Below, piece by piece: positions 50,563 through 60,226 of a stretch of 64,000 bases of DNA. The translations under genes were made by a program, and so were the position numbers. Source of the stretch: Bradymonadia bacterium (GTDB lineage Bacteria > Myxococcota_A > Bradymonadia > UBA7976 > UBA1532). Location of the stretch: contig JBKAGE010000078.1 of NCBI GenBank assembly GCA_046290225.1, positions 96,001-160,000 of the forward strand, in the 5' to 3' direction. The notes under the pieces are model-generated. The model was not told where the DNA came from and ran no database searches. It saw only the letters and a program-made list of their open reading frames with translations. Each line of letters starts with the position of its first letter. The first letter of the stretch is position 1.

Positions 50563-51714
50563 TCAATGGCGGGTCGATGGCCATCGACTCTGCAACCACT
50601 CGATGGCCAGCAAGACCTCCCCGGCGGTGTAGAGCCGAGGGGCGTGGATCCCATACTCCACGGTGGTCTCCCAATGCCAGAGCGTATGTCGAGCGAGGCG
50701 CCGCGCGGCTTCCTCATCGTCCAGGCGCGCCGCGAGCCTCACCAGGCAGGTCCAGGTGGCCACCCCTGCCCTTTTCTCACCCCGGTAGGCCCCCGTGTTC
50801 ACGTCGTAGTACCGCTTCAAGCCGAGCAGGCGGCCTACGGCGAAGTCGAGCAGTTTGCGAGCCACCTGCGGATCGCCCTCCACCACCGACTCGGCCACAG
50901 CGCAGCTGTTGTTCAGCTGCACGATCCCATCCGGGGCGAAGAAAGCCAGATCTCGCTCTGGCAGGAGCGTGGCCACGTCGGGTTGCACCATGCTGCGGAA
51001 GAGCCCCGTGGAGGCCTGAGCGCGCCGCACCACCGTGTAGGTCTGCTCGGCGACCTCGGCGAACCGACGTCGCCGGGTGTCGATGTCGGCTCTGCTCTCT
51101 TGGGCACTCAGCCGCAGCGCGCCATCGCTGGCCTGAGCAGCCCGGGCCAGCAGGTCGGGATGATAGTCCACCAAAAACGAGTCGTTGGCGAAGGCTCGGG
51201 TCTGAAAATTGAAGTAGTTCCTGATGAGCCAGATGCCCTGCTCTTCGAAGGCGTGCCGGCAGTACCCTTCCAAGATGACCACCGCCTGCCGACGCCATTG
51301 CGGGTGCTCGAAGCGCTCACTCCCGAGCCAGAGCGCGTCAGCCAATCGGAGGGCCTCCGTGGTGCCCGAGGCGTCAGGGGGCTCGCCCTGCTTGAACCGC
51401 CAGGGGACGAAGCCGCGGGTGTACGGATCGCTGGGATCGTCCCGCCAGAGATACGGAAGCACCTGATCAGCCAGACCACGAAATGCGACCTCATCCCCTC
51501 GCCGAGCCAGCACGATCATCAACTGAGCGACGTCCACTGTATAGATGTAGCCATCTGCACGAGCGAGATCGCCCTCGGTGATGCGCATCACCTCGGCAGT
51601 GACAGCAGTGTCGATCTCGGCGATGGCTTCGTGATCCAGGCACGGCGTCCAAAACAACGCCCCGAGCCCACCCAGAACCACCAGCGCAGACATGAAGAGG
51701 AGTGCGCGCCACAC
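50563..51714 (-). CDS. Exported hypothetical protein, possibly a GH8-like alpha/alpha barrel
   Basis: N-terminal hydrophobic anchor; DASGTTEALRLADALW...QWRRQA..IL loosely resembles the GH8 core. Confidence 0.5.
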   Translation of the reverse strand: MWRALLFMSALVVLGGLGALFWTPCLDHEAIAEIDTAVTAEVMRITEGDLARADGYIYTVDVAQLMIVLARRGDEVAFRGLADQVLPYLWRDDPSDPYTRGFVPWRFKQGEPPDASGTTEALRLADALWLGSERFEHPQWRRQAVVILEGYCRHAFEEQGIWLIRNYFNFQTRAFANDSFLVDYHPDLLARAAQASDGALRLSAQESRADIDTRRRRFAEVAEQTYTVVRRAQASTGLFRSMVQPDVATLLPERDLAFFAPDGIVQLNNSCAVAESVVEGDPQVARKLLDFAVGRLLGLKRYYDVNTGAYRGEKRAGVATWTCLVRLAARLDDEEAARRLARHTLWHWETTVEYGIHAPRLYTAGEVLLAIEWLQSRWPSTRH

Positions 51715-51716
51715 GA

Positions 51717-53645
51717 TCAGTCGTCGTCGGGGTTCAAGTAGGTGTAGCGGCCGAGGCTGCTCTCGTAGTGGCGCATGAGCAGCCGCACCTGAGGCAGCGT
51801 GAGGCGGCCTTCGTTGAGGGCGGTCTCGGCCTGCCGACGCACACGCTCCACCATGTCCTCGGGATCGTACTGCACATAGTGCAGCACCTCTTGAATCGAG
51901 TCCCCCTTCACCACGTGGGCTACCTCGTATCCATAGTCGGTGGTGCGTACGTGGACCGCGTTGGTGTCGCCGAACAGGTTGTGCAGATCGCCCAGGATCT
52001 CCTGATAGGCCCCCACCAGGAACATGGCCACATAGTATGGCTGCCCGCTCTGGATGGGGTGCAGCTCCAAGACGGGCTTGTGCCCCTCGCGGTCGATGAA
52101 GGTGCTGATGGCGCCGTCGCTGTCACAGGTGAGATCTGCGAGGGTGGCCCGCACCGTGGGCTCCTCGGCGAGGCGGTGCAATGGCATGATGGGAAACAGC
52201 TGGTCGATGGCCCAGGCGTCTGGGGCAGACTGGAACACCGAGAAGTTGCAGTAGTAGATGCTCGACAGCTCCGACTCGAGCACCTGCAGCTCTTCGGGCA
52301 CGTACTCCAACTGCCGTACTCGACGCAGCAGTCGCTGAGCGCAGTGCCAGAACAAGCTCTCTACATGGGCTTTCTGCCGCAAGGTGAGGTAGCCGAGGGT
52401 GAACAGGCTCTGAGCTTCGTGGCGGGCCTGGACAGCGTCGTGCAGCACCTCTTGCAGGTTGGAGTCGTCATTGATGCCCTGCAGCGTGTCCCACAGTTGG
52501 GTGATGAGCAGCGGAGCGTCCTCCGCGGGCCTGGCAGGCGGGCCGAAGGAGAACGCGTTGGTGCCCAGCACGTCGAAGACCAGAACCGACTGGTGGGCCA
52601 CCACCGCGCGGCCGCTCTCGCTCACCAGAGTGGGCGGCGTCAGGTTGGCCCGAGCGCACGCATCGTTCACCGTGGAGACCACGTCGTAGGCGTACTCTTG
52701 GATGCTGTAATTGACCGATGCCTGCATGTTGCTGTGCGAGCCGTCGTAGTCGATGCCCAGGCCCCCACCCACGTCGAGGTAGCGCATGGGGCAGCCCATG
52801 CGGGCGAGCTCCACGAAGATGTTTGCCGCCTCCTTGAGGGCCGACTTGATGGGCAGAATGCTGCTGATCTGGCTGCCGATGTGAAAATGCAGCAGCGCCA
52901 GGCTGCCCACCATGCCCCGGGCGGCGAGCCGATCGACGGCTTCGACCAGCTCGGAAGAGCTCAGGCCGAACTTCGCCCGATCTCCGGTGGATTCCGCCCA
53001 TCGACCCATCCCCTTCGTGCTCAGCCGGGCGCGGACCCCGAGGATGGGCTTGATGCCCAGCTTCTTGCTCGCCTGGAACACCAGATCGAGCTCTTCGATG
53101 CGCTCGAGCACGATGACCACGGTCTTGCCGAACTGCTGAGCCAGAAGGGCTGTCTCGATGTAGGCTTCGTCTTTATAGCCGTTGCAGATGATCAACCCAT
53201 CAGGGTCGGTCATGGCAGAGAGCGCGATGAGCAGCTCGGGCTTCGAGCCGCACTCCAGGCCGAAGCTGAAGGCGCGGCCATGACTCACGATCTCGTCCAC
53301 CACATGACGCTGCTGGTTCACCTTCACGGGGAACACGCCGCGATAAACGCCTTGATAGTCAGATTCTTCGATGGCCCGGTTGAAGCACTCGTTGAGGGTC
53401 CTGATCCGGTGCCTGATGATGTCGGAAAACCGGATCAACATGGGCAGATCGAGACCTCGCGCCTTGAGATCGTTGATCAACGCGTACAGGTCGATGGATC
53501 GGGGCTGCTCCGGATCAGGTGTGACCTGGACATGCCCTCGGGTGTTGATCGTGAAGTAGGGGTCACCCCAACCGCCGATGTTGTAGAGCTCGGCGCTCTG
53601 CTCGACGCCCCAGCGGGCCTTGCGAGATTGGTCGTTCATCGACAC
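51717..53645 (-). CDS. speA: Biosynthetic arginine decarboxylase
   Basis: FPVKVNQ, GLECGSKPEL, HFHIGSQ, DVGGGLG, ESGRA, DLTCDSDG, HNLFG. Confidence 0.95.
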   Translation of the reverse strand: MSMNDQSRKARWGVEQSAELYNIGGWGDPYFTINTRGHVQVTPDPEQPRSIDLYALINDLKARGLDLPMLIRFSDIIRHRIRTLNECFNRAIEESDYQGVYRGVFPVKVNQQRHVVDEIVSHGRAFSFGLECGSKPELLIALSAMTDPDGLIICNGYKDEAYIETALLAQQFGKTVVIVLERIEELDLVFQASKKLGIKPILGVRARLSTKGMGRWAESTGDRAKFGLSSSELVEAVDRLAARGMVGSLALLHFHIGSQISSILPIKSALKEAANIFVELARMGCPMRYLDVGGGLGIDYDGSHSNMQASVNYSIQEYAYDVVSTVNDACARANLTPPTLVSESGRAVVAHQSVLVFDVLGTNAFSFGPPARPAEDAPLLITQLWDTLQGINDDSNLQEVLHDAVQARHEAQSLFTLGYLTLRQKAHVESLFWHCAQRLLRRVRQLEYVPEELQVLESELSSIYYCNFSVFQSAPDAWAIDQLFPIMPLHRLAEEPTVRATLADLTCDSDGAISTFIDREGHKPVLELHPIQSGQPYYVAMFLVGAYQEILGDLHNLFGDTNAVHVRTTDYGYEVAHVVKGDSIQEVLHYVQYDPEDMVERVRRQAETALNEGRLTLPQVRLLMRHYESSLGRYTYLNPDDD

Positions 53646-53797
53646 CTCTAGAAGATCAGGTGGCTGCTCAGCCCAGAGCGCGTGGGAGTATACTCACGAC
53701 GCCGCGTGGAGCCACACAAGAGTGCATCTCGAGTCACGGGCAAGCGGCAGATTCTCACGCGTTGCCAGGGGCACGGGTTCGTGGGAGACTCCCGAGC

Positions 53798-54655
53798 ATG
53801 TGTGAACTTCTTGGGATGAGCGCCAACGTCCCCACGGATATCTGTTTCAGCTTTCGTGGGTTGATGGAACGAGGCGGCCGTACCGGCCCTCACCGGGATG
53901 GATGGGGGGTGGCTTTCTACGAGGGCCGGCACTGCCGGGCCTTTCACGATCCAGCGCCGAGCGCCCAGAGCCCGCTGGCGTTGTTCTTGAATCATTATCC
54001 GATCAAGAGCGTGAACGTGGTGTGCCACATCAGGCAGGCCACCCACGGCAAAGTCTGTCTCGAAAACACCCACCCCTTCATCAGAGAGCTCTGGGGCCTC
54101 ACCTGGACCTTTGCGCACAACGGCAAGTCCAAGGGCGTGAAACGCTGGCCGCTTCGGTTCTACACCCCTGTGGGCACCACCGACAGCGAGCACGCCTTCT
54201 GCTGGTTGCTCGACCAGCTCCGAGCGCGCTGGCCCGAGAAGCCCAAACGCTGGGGCCCGGTGCATCGCTTCATCCGCGACCTCTGCGACACCCTCAGGCC
54301 CCTGGGCACCTTCAACATGTTGCTGAGCAACTCGAAGGTGCTCTACGCCTACTGCACTACGCATCTGTGCTGGATCACGCGCCGTGCCCCCTTTGGCGAA
54401 GCTCGGCTCATCGATGCCGACTTCGAGGTAGATTTTCAGAAGGAGACCACGCCAAACGACGTGGTGACCGTCATCGCCACCCGCCCGCTGACGAGCAACG
54501 AGGCGTGGCACACCATGGGCACTGGGGAGATGAAGATCTTCCGCGACGGGCTCATCGTGCCCTTGTCGGAGCGACGAGGGCGCCTCACGGCACCTCTCAC
54601 AGCGCCCACCACAGCACCTGAAGACGCCGGGGCCTCTCAGTCCTCATCGAGGTGA
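53798..54655 (+). CDS. Class II glutamine amidotransferase (YafJ/EgtC-like)
   Basis: MCELLGMSAN, H.DGWG, HIRQAT, NTHPF, FAHNG, GTTDSE. Confidence 0.9.
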   Translation: MCELLGMSANVPTDICFSFRGLMERGGRTGPHRDGWGVAFYEGRHCRAFHDPAPSAQSPLALFLNHYPIKSVNVVCHIRQATHGKVCLENTHPFIRELWGLTWTFAHNGKSKGVKRWPLRFYTPVGTTDSEHAFCWLLDQLRARWPEKPKRWGPVHRFIRDLCDTLRPLGTFNMLLSNSKVLYAYCTTHLCWITRRAPFGEARLIDADFEVDFQKETTPNDVVTVIATRPLTSNEAWHTMGTGEMKIFRDGLIVPLSERRGRLTAPLTAPTTAPEDAGASQSSSR

Positions 54656-55806
54656 AAGTCCATGATGACGGTGCGATCTTCATCGTCATCATAGGGCGGC
54701 GCGGTGTCTTGGACTGAGAGCGCCTCTTCGAGGTGAGCGAAGGCGCTCGGCGGAAGCGTCAGCGCACCCATGTCGTCTTCCTCGGCGTCTACCCTGGGCG
54801 ACTCGTGGGTGATCGACGGCACCATGCCCAGCCAGTGCCCGACCCGCTCGAGGCCCTGAAACAGCTCCTCACGGGCCACGCCCTGTATCTGCTCTGCCGC
54901 GTCTGCAGCGGTCTTCATCCGCGCTCGGGCGTCGGCGATGGCCGGGTGCGCTCGAGGCAACAGATCGAGCCGCGCCGCCACCGCGAGCAACAAGCCAGCG
55001 AAGGCTTGAGCCGAGGGCAGGCGGTTCGCCGCCTCGAGTTCGATGGCCCAGAGCACCACGGCGACGAGATCATCGGGCACGTCGGGGCTACGCCCCTGAA
55101 TGCTCGGTGGCGGCTCGCCATCGAGGAACCTGCGGAACAGCTCTGCGTGCTCCGCGGCCCGAAAGGGAATATGCCCGGTGAGCATCTCGTAGAGCGTGGC
55201 GCCGAGGCCGTACACGTCGACCGCCGGGGTCGGGGCCTCGCTGTTGAACTGCTCTGGAGGCATGTACCAGAGGGTGCCGACATTGGCCCCCACGAGGGTG
55301 AGGTTGTGGTTGTGCCCCACCCGCTTGGCCACGCCGAAGTCGGTCACCCTCAAGGTCTCGGCGTCCTCATCGTCGAGGAGCATGAGGTTGCCGGGCTTGA
55401 TGTCTCGGTGGACCACCCCCTGCTCGTGGGCATACTGCAACGCCTCGGCGGCCTTGATGGCGATGCGCACACAATCGCCCACGGGGAGCGCCCCCTGTTG
55501 ACGGGTCAGGTGATCCTCGATGGAGCCTCCACCGAGAAACTCCATCACGATGACCTGATGCTCCGGGCTCTCGAGGTAATCGAAGACCCGGGCGATGTTC
55601 GGGTGCTCCAGACGAGCTTGCATGAACGCCCCGAGACGAAACCGGTCGGCCATGAGGCCTTCCTGCTCGTCCGAGGTCCTCAAGCGCATTTTGAGCGCCA
55701 CCAGCCGATCGAGATACCGGTGTCGGCCGGAGAGGACCTGAGCCATGCCGCCGACGCCGATCTGATCTTCGACGGCATATGGCCCAAGGGCGCTCGGAAT
55801 GCTCAT
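54637..55806 (-). CDS. Cytoplasmic Ser/Thr protein kinase
   Basis: IGVGGMA, VALK, HRDIKPGN, DFG, GTLWYMPPEQ; no TM segment. Confidence 0.9.
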   Translation of the reverse strand: MSIPSALGPYAVEDQIGVGGMAQVLSGRHRYLDRLVALKMRLRTSDEQEGLMADRFRLGAFMQARLEHPNIARVFDYLESPEHQVIVMEFLGGGSIEDHLTRQQGALPVGDCVRIAIKAAEALQYAHEQGVVHRDIKPGNLMLLDDEDAETLRVTDFGVAKRVGHNHNLTLVGANVGTLWYMPPEQFNSEAPTPAVDVYGLGATLYEMLTGHIPFRAAEHAELFRRFLDGEPPPSIQGRSPDVPDDLVAVVLWAIELEAANRLPSAQAFAGLLLAVAARLDLLPRAHPAIADARARMKTAADAAEQIQGVAREELFQGLERVGHWLGMVPSITHESPRVDAEEDDMGALTLPPSAFAHLEEALSVQDTAPPYDDDEDRTVIMDFHLDED

Positions 55807-56558
55807 GCCTCTTCGTGCTCCTCGTCTACCTCGTCAGATGTATCGACCTCGCCGAGGGGACCCTGAAATGCCCGGAAGCGTTTTGCCTGCCGCAGCATCG
55901 TGATGGCCCCGAACATGATGAAGCCATCTTCCCGCTCGTCCACCATCTCCAGCAGCGCGTCGAGATCGTAGTCCGAGAGTCGGGCGCCCAGACCAGCGCG
56001 GCCGAGCAAGCGCCAGTAGAAAGGCCCCTGCCCCGGATCGAGCACCAGAAGCTCCTCAGTGTCGAGCGCCAGCGGATCCACCACCGGGATCACCTGCGCT
56101 GCATCACAGAGGGCACGCTGAACCTCAGGCTGGCCTTCCCACAGGCCCTCTGCACGCCACGCCACCCTGCACCCCTCGGGGCGCTGAGCACCAGGCCCCG
56201 CGAAGAACTCAGAGAAGGCCGCGCGGCTCTCCGCCGATGGTCGAAAGCCCCCAGGGGTGTGGATCATGATGACCCCGGCGCCGAGACGCCCTGCGGCCTC
56301 TGTAGTCCGCGCCCAGGCAGCCTCGGCCTCCGGGCCGGAGAAGCTGTTGGAGACCAGGGCCCGATCAGCAGGCAACACATATTTGCGCCCGGCGGGGGTC
56401 TCGCGGCCCCACCGGCTCAGGGTGTTCAACTTGACGCGTTCGAGCGTGTTTTCGGGCAGCTCTTTGAGATCGAGGTCAGCCCAATACTTAGAAGCGGGGC
56501 CTTGGAACCCCGCACATCCCACGTGGATCGTACTCATGGGCGGCATCATAGTCCGCAC
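55803..56558 (-). CDS. DUF72-like protein (divergent); start may be 56537
   Basis: IHVGCAGF, HTPGGFRPS, AWRAEG.W, VVDPL, Y.RL.G. Confidence 0.65.
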   Translation of the reverse strand: MRTMMPPMSTIHVGCAGFQGPASKYWADLDLKELPENTLERVKLNTLSRWGRETPAGRKYVLPADRALVSNSFSGPEAEAAWARTTEAAGRLGAGVIMIHTPGGFRPSAESRAAFSEFFAGPGAQRPEGCRVAWRAEGLWEGQPEVQRALCDAAQVIPVVDPLALDTEELLVLDPGQGPFYWRLLGRAGLGARLSDYDLDALLEMVDEREDGFIMFGAITMLRQAKRFRAFQGPLGEVDTSDEVDEEHEEA

Positions 56559-56594
56559 CCCCGGCCAAAGCCACAGGGCTTCTCTACTCCATGA

Positions 56595-57587
56595 TCACCA
56601 CCGCAGGCCCGGACCCACCATATAGAGGGCTCGGGGCCCCTGCAGCGCAGCCTCGAGCCCTTCAAATGGGGCGCCATCCAGGTGACCGGCGAGCATCTCG
56701 AACAATCCGCGGCGTACGCTGTACCGCACGACGCGCACCGGCCCGCCCACCATGGCCTCGAGCCGCGCTTGGGCAGCCTCCGAATATCCCACGGCGTCGA
56801 CGAGCCCTGCGTCGACCGCCTGTTGGGCTGAATACAGACGCCCGTCGGCGAGGGCACGTACACGGGCCAGACCAGCCTCCCCTTCCCACTTGCGGCCATC
56901 GGCCACCACCTGCACGAAGCGGGTGTACATCTCATCGACGATGTTCTTCAGGATGGCCCGGTCAGCCTCAGAGGGCGGACGGGTCGGACTCAGCAGTTGC
57001 TTGTGAGGCCCCGAGGTCACTGAGGTGTCCGCCACCCCCACCCGCTCCATGAGGGCAGAAACATTGAGGGTGTTGATGATGACCCCGATGCTGCCCGTGA
57101 CGGTGGTGGGCAGGGCCCAGATCTCGTCGGCGGCAGCGGCGAGGTACACACCCCCCGAGGCACACAAATCGCCCATGTGCACCAGCACCTTCGTGCCACC
57201 CGCTTTGAGATCAGTCAGGCGATGGTGCAACACGTCGGCGTCTGTGACCGAGCCCCCTGGGGTGTCGAGGCGCAAGAGCAGACCCACCACGGTGTCATCG
57301 TCTTCGATGGCGTCGAGCACGCGGTGCAGGTCACCTGATAAAGCCCCAGGTTGACGGCGCCGACCGCCCATCATCACCCCTTTGGCGTCGACGATGACCA
57401 CAGTGCGGCTCACCCCCTCCGGCGCCGACTCCACCACGACCTGCATGGCCCCAACGCCCTCATCGGTGCCCTGGAACAGCCACAGCGCCATCAAAACCAG
57501 CATCACTGCGGGGGTGAGGGCCAGCAGCAAGCAGCCCCAACCGCGTCGCGGTGGCTGTGCAGGTGGAGGTTGATGGGGGTTGGTCAT
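56595..57587 (-). CDS. sppA: Signal peptide peptidase SppA (S49, short form)
   Basis: LDTPGG, ASGGVY, TGSIGV, SGPHK, DGR.Y...QA...GLVD; N-terminal TM segment. Confidence 0.88.
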   Translation of the reverse strand: MTNPHQPPPAQPPRRGWGCLLLALTPAVMLVLMALWLFQGTDEGVGAMQVVVESAPEGVSRTVVIVDAKGVMMGGRRRQPGALSGDLHRVLDAIEDDDTVVGLLLRLDTPGGSVTDADVLHHRLTDLKAGGTKVLVHMGDLCASGGVYLAAAADEIWALPTTVTGSIGVIINTLNVSALMERVGVADTSVTSGPHKQLLSPTRPPSEADRAILKNIVDEMYTRFVQVVADGRKWEGEAGLARVRALADGRLYSAQQAVDAGLVDAVGYSEAAQARLEAMVGGPVRVVRYSVRRGLFEMLAGHLDGAPFEGLEAALQGPRALYMVGPGLRW

Positions 57588-57687
57588 GAAGTGCTCCAGG
57601 GAGATGTGGCCATGAGGGGCGTCAAACCAGTACCATGCCCGGCACCCAACAGGCCTCCCCAACAGGCGTCTTCGCCGGAGAGAGATC

Positions 57688-58959
57688 ATGAAACCCATCG
57701 AGCCGTCACCCGCTGACATCCCAGCCACCGTCGCTGCCACCGATCCCGTCGTGGCCCGCCTGATCGCTCAGGAGGACCAGCGTCAGCGCCAGACACTGCG
57801 GTTGATCCCATCAGAGAACTACGCCTCTGCAGCGGTGCTGCAGGCGTGCAGCTCGTCGTTGTCGAACAAGTACAGCGAGGGTTACCCAGGTCGTCGGTAC
57901 TACCAGGGCCAGGCGTTCATCGATCAGATCGAGACCCTCGCTCAGGATCGCGCAAAGGCGCTCTTCGGCGCAGAGCACGTCAACGTGCAGCCCCTCTCGG
58001 GGGCACCGGCCAACCTGGCCACCTACGCGGCGCTGCTCAAGCCCGGCGATACCCTGCTCGGCATGACCCTGCCCCATGGCGGTCACCTGACCCACGGCTG
58101 GTCGGTGAGCGTCACAGGACAGTTCTACAATGCTGTGCATTACGGGGTGCGCGAGTCGGATTGCTATCTCGACATCGACCAGGTGGCCCGCCTGGCCAAA
58201 GAGCACAAGCCCAAGATCATCGTCTGCGGCGGCTCGGCCTACCCCCGCATCATCGACTTTGCCGCCTTTGCAGAGATCGCGGAGTCTGTGGGTGCCCTGC
58301 TGATGGCTGACATCGCCCACATCTCCGGCCTGGTCGCCGGCGGCGTGCACCCCTCCCCGGTCCCTGTGGCTGACGTGGTCACCACCACCACACACAAGAC
58401 CCTGCGCGGCCCCCGTGGCGGCATGATCATGTGCAAGCAGAGCCACGCCAAAGCCATCAACCGTGCGGTCTTCCCTGGTCTGCAGGGTGGCCCGCACAAC
58501 CACACCACTGCGGCCCTCGCCGTCGCCCTCAAAGAGGCCGACTCGGACGAGTTCAAGACCTATGCGCGTGCGGTGGTGGACAACGCCAAGGCCCTCTCCG
58601 AGGGTCTGCTCGGACACGGCCTTGTGCCTGTCACAGGGGGCACCGACAACCATCTGCTGTTGATCGATCTGACCCCTCAAGGGGTGTCCGGCAAGAAGGC
58701 CGCCAAGGCCCTCGAAGCCGCAGGCATTGTCTGCAACGCCAACTCCGTCCCCTTCGACACCCGAAAGCCCTTCGATCCGTCGGGCATCAGGTTGGGGACG
58801 CCGGCGCTCACCTCACGGGGGATGGGCCTCGACGAGATGAAGCAGCTTGCAGACTGGATCGCGCAGGTCGTCGCAGCACCAGAAGACGAGGCTCTGCATG
58901 CTGGCATCGCCGGTGAGGTCGAAGCCATGTGCCAGGGGTTCCCGGCACCAGGACTCTGA
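57688..58959 (+). CDS. glyA: Serine hydroxymethyltransferase
   Basis: LIPSENY, NKYSEGYPG, GGHLTHG, TTTTHKTLRGPRGG, SGIRLGT. Confidence 0.97.
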   Translation: MKPIEPSPADIPATVAATDPVVARLIAQEDQRQRQTLRLIPSENYASAAVLQACSSSLSNKYSEGYPGRRYYQGQAFIDQIETLAQDRAKALFGAEHVNVQPLSGAPANLATYAALLKPGDTLLGMTLPHGGHLTHGWSVSVTGQFYNAVHYGVRESDCYLDIDQVARLAKEHKPKIIVCGGSAYPRIIDFAAFAEIAESVGALLMADIAHISGLVAGGVHPSPVPVADVVTTTTHKTLRGPRGGMIMCKQSHAKAINRAVFPGLQGGPHNHTTAALAVALKEADSDEFKTYARAVVDNAKALSEGLLGHGLVPVTGGTDNHLLLIDLTPQGVSGKKAAKALEAAGIVCNANSVPFDTRKPFDPSGIRLGTPALTSRGMGLDEMKQLADWIAQVVAAPEDEALHAGIAGEVEAMCQGFPAPGL

Positions 58960-59020
58960 AGAATGAAGGCGAGCTGGGGGGCTTGCTCAGGCGCTCAACT
59001 CAGGCGCCCAATTCGGGCGT

Positions 59021-59752
59021 TCAACCCTCGGAAGGCCCAGAGGATGTAGCCTGAGGCGCCGAAGAGGCCTGGGTTGCCCCTTCTTCACCGCCACCATCCT
59101 TTCCACCAGAGCGACGGCGTCGACGGCGCCGGCGCTTTTGCCCGCCCTCGCCCTCGCCCTTCGGGGCATCAGCGCGGCGTTGCTGGCCATTGCCATTGCC
59201 GTTGCCATTGCCGTTGCCATTTCGAGAGCGATTGCGATTGCCGTTGCCATTCCGAGAGCGATTGCCGCCCTGGCCGCGGCCGCCACGCTTACGGCGGTTC
59301 TTGTTCTGCCCCACCATGCCGAGGTTGCCATCAGCACGCAGAGCAGCAATGGCTTCGAGATCCTCCTCGGTGAATTCGGGTAGTCCGTTCCCCTTGATTT
59401 GGTTGGCGCCGGCGACCCCGGCTTCATCCTCATCCTCGACCATGCCACTCATCTCACGACGGCAATTGCTGCAAATCACGTCATGACGATGTTTGGGCCA
59501 TCTATCGAGGCTGACGGTGGTGCCGCAGACGGAGCAGGGGTACTCCACCGGGTTGCGGCCGCCGCTTCGGCGACCATTGCTGGGCTCTTGAACAGAGACA
59601 CCGAGGCGGGCATTGGAACGCTCCCAGAACGAACGTGGATCGTTGTCGTCCTTCTGGTTGTTCCGACGGTGGCGCTCTGCGGCTTTCGGGTTGGGCTTAC
59701 GCCCACGACCGCGACCGCGCCCCTTACGGTTGGCAGGCTGGTCCAAACGCAT
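59021..59752 (-). CDS. Largely disordered basic protein with a CxxC-x17-CxxC zinc ribbon
   Basis: CSVC...CSNC with a 17-residue spacer; Arg/Gly and Asn-Gly tracts; ATG at 59752 after GGAG. Confidence 0.7.
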   Translation of the reverse strand: MRLDQPANRKGRGRGRGRKPNPKAAERHRRNNQKDDNDPRSFWERSNARLGVSVQEPSNGRRSGGRNPVEYPCSVCGTTVSLDRWPKHRHDVICSNCRREMSGMVEDEDEAGVAGANQIKGNGLPEFTEEDLEAIAALRADGNLGMVGQNKNRRKRGGRGQGGNRSRNGNGNRNRSRNGNGNGNGNGNGQQRRADAPKGEGEGGQKRRRRRRRRSGGKDGGGEEGATQASSAPQATSSGPSEG

Positions 59753-60226
59753 CTCCGCTTGACGAGTGACGTACACGAAAACGGATCTCGCGCACATCAT
59801 TGGGTCAACCCCCTGAGGGGGCAAACGACTGCAAGCTGTTGGGATAGGTGAGTTCTACATGGGGTCTCGGCCCGAATGGCCGACACCTGAAAGTCACACC
59901 CGACTGACCTCGCCCTTTCCGAGGCTCGAACTGTGAATGGGTGGGACTTCAGGGATTCAAACCCTGCAAGCTCTTGGGGAGGGTAGCAGATCCTCGATGT
60001 ACCTGCAAGTTGTCGTCAAAAGGCCACCGCCGTCGCCTGTATTCTCGAGATCCTCAGGCGCTGATGCCCGTGTAAGGATGATGCCCACGGCAGCTCTCTC
60101 CACGGGCGCTGGCCGATGAATGAATCCACGGGTCATGGGGTCAACGGGCAGGCCGCGGGCGTCGCCTGCTGCCTGACCTCTGCTCGATGTTGGAAAACTG
60201 TTGCACCGATGCTAAACGTGCCTTCG

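Noticed and set aside
57590..57687. Possible ZTP or glycine riboswitch upstream of glyA
   Set aside because: Only about 100 nt, shared with the divergent sppA, and no consensus elements seen.
59815..59925. Resemblance to TPP (GGGGT...CTGAAA...ACCC) and c-di-GMP-I (GGCAAAC) riboswitches
   Set aside because: The conserved CUGAGA and 3' half of TPP and the second GCAAA element of c-di-GMP-I are missing; flanking genes do not fit.
60190..60205. TTGGAAAACTGTTGCA as a sigma-54 promoter for the kinase
   Set aside because: GG-to-GC spacing is 9 rather than the required 10.
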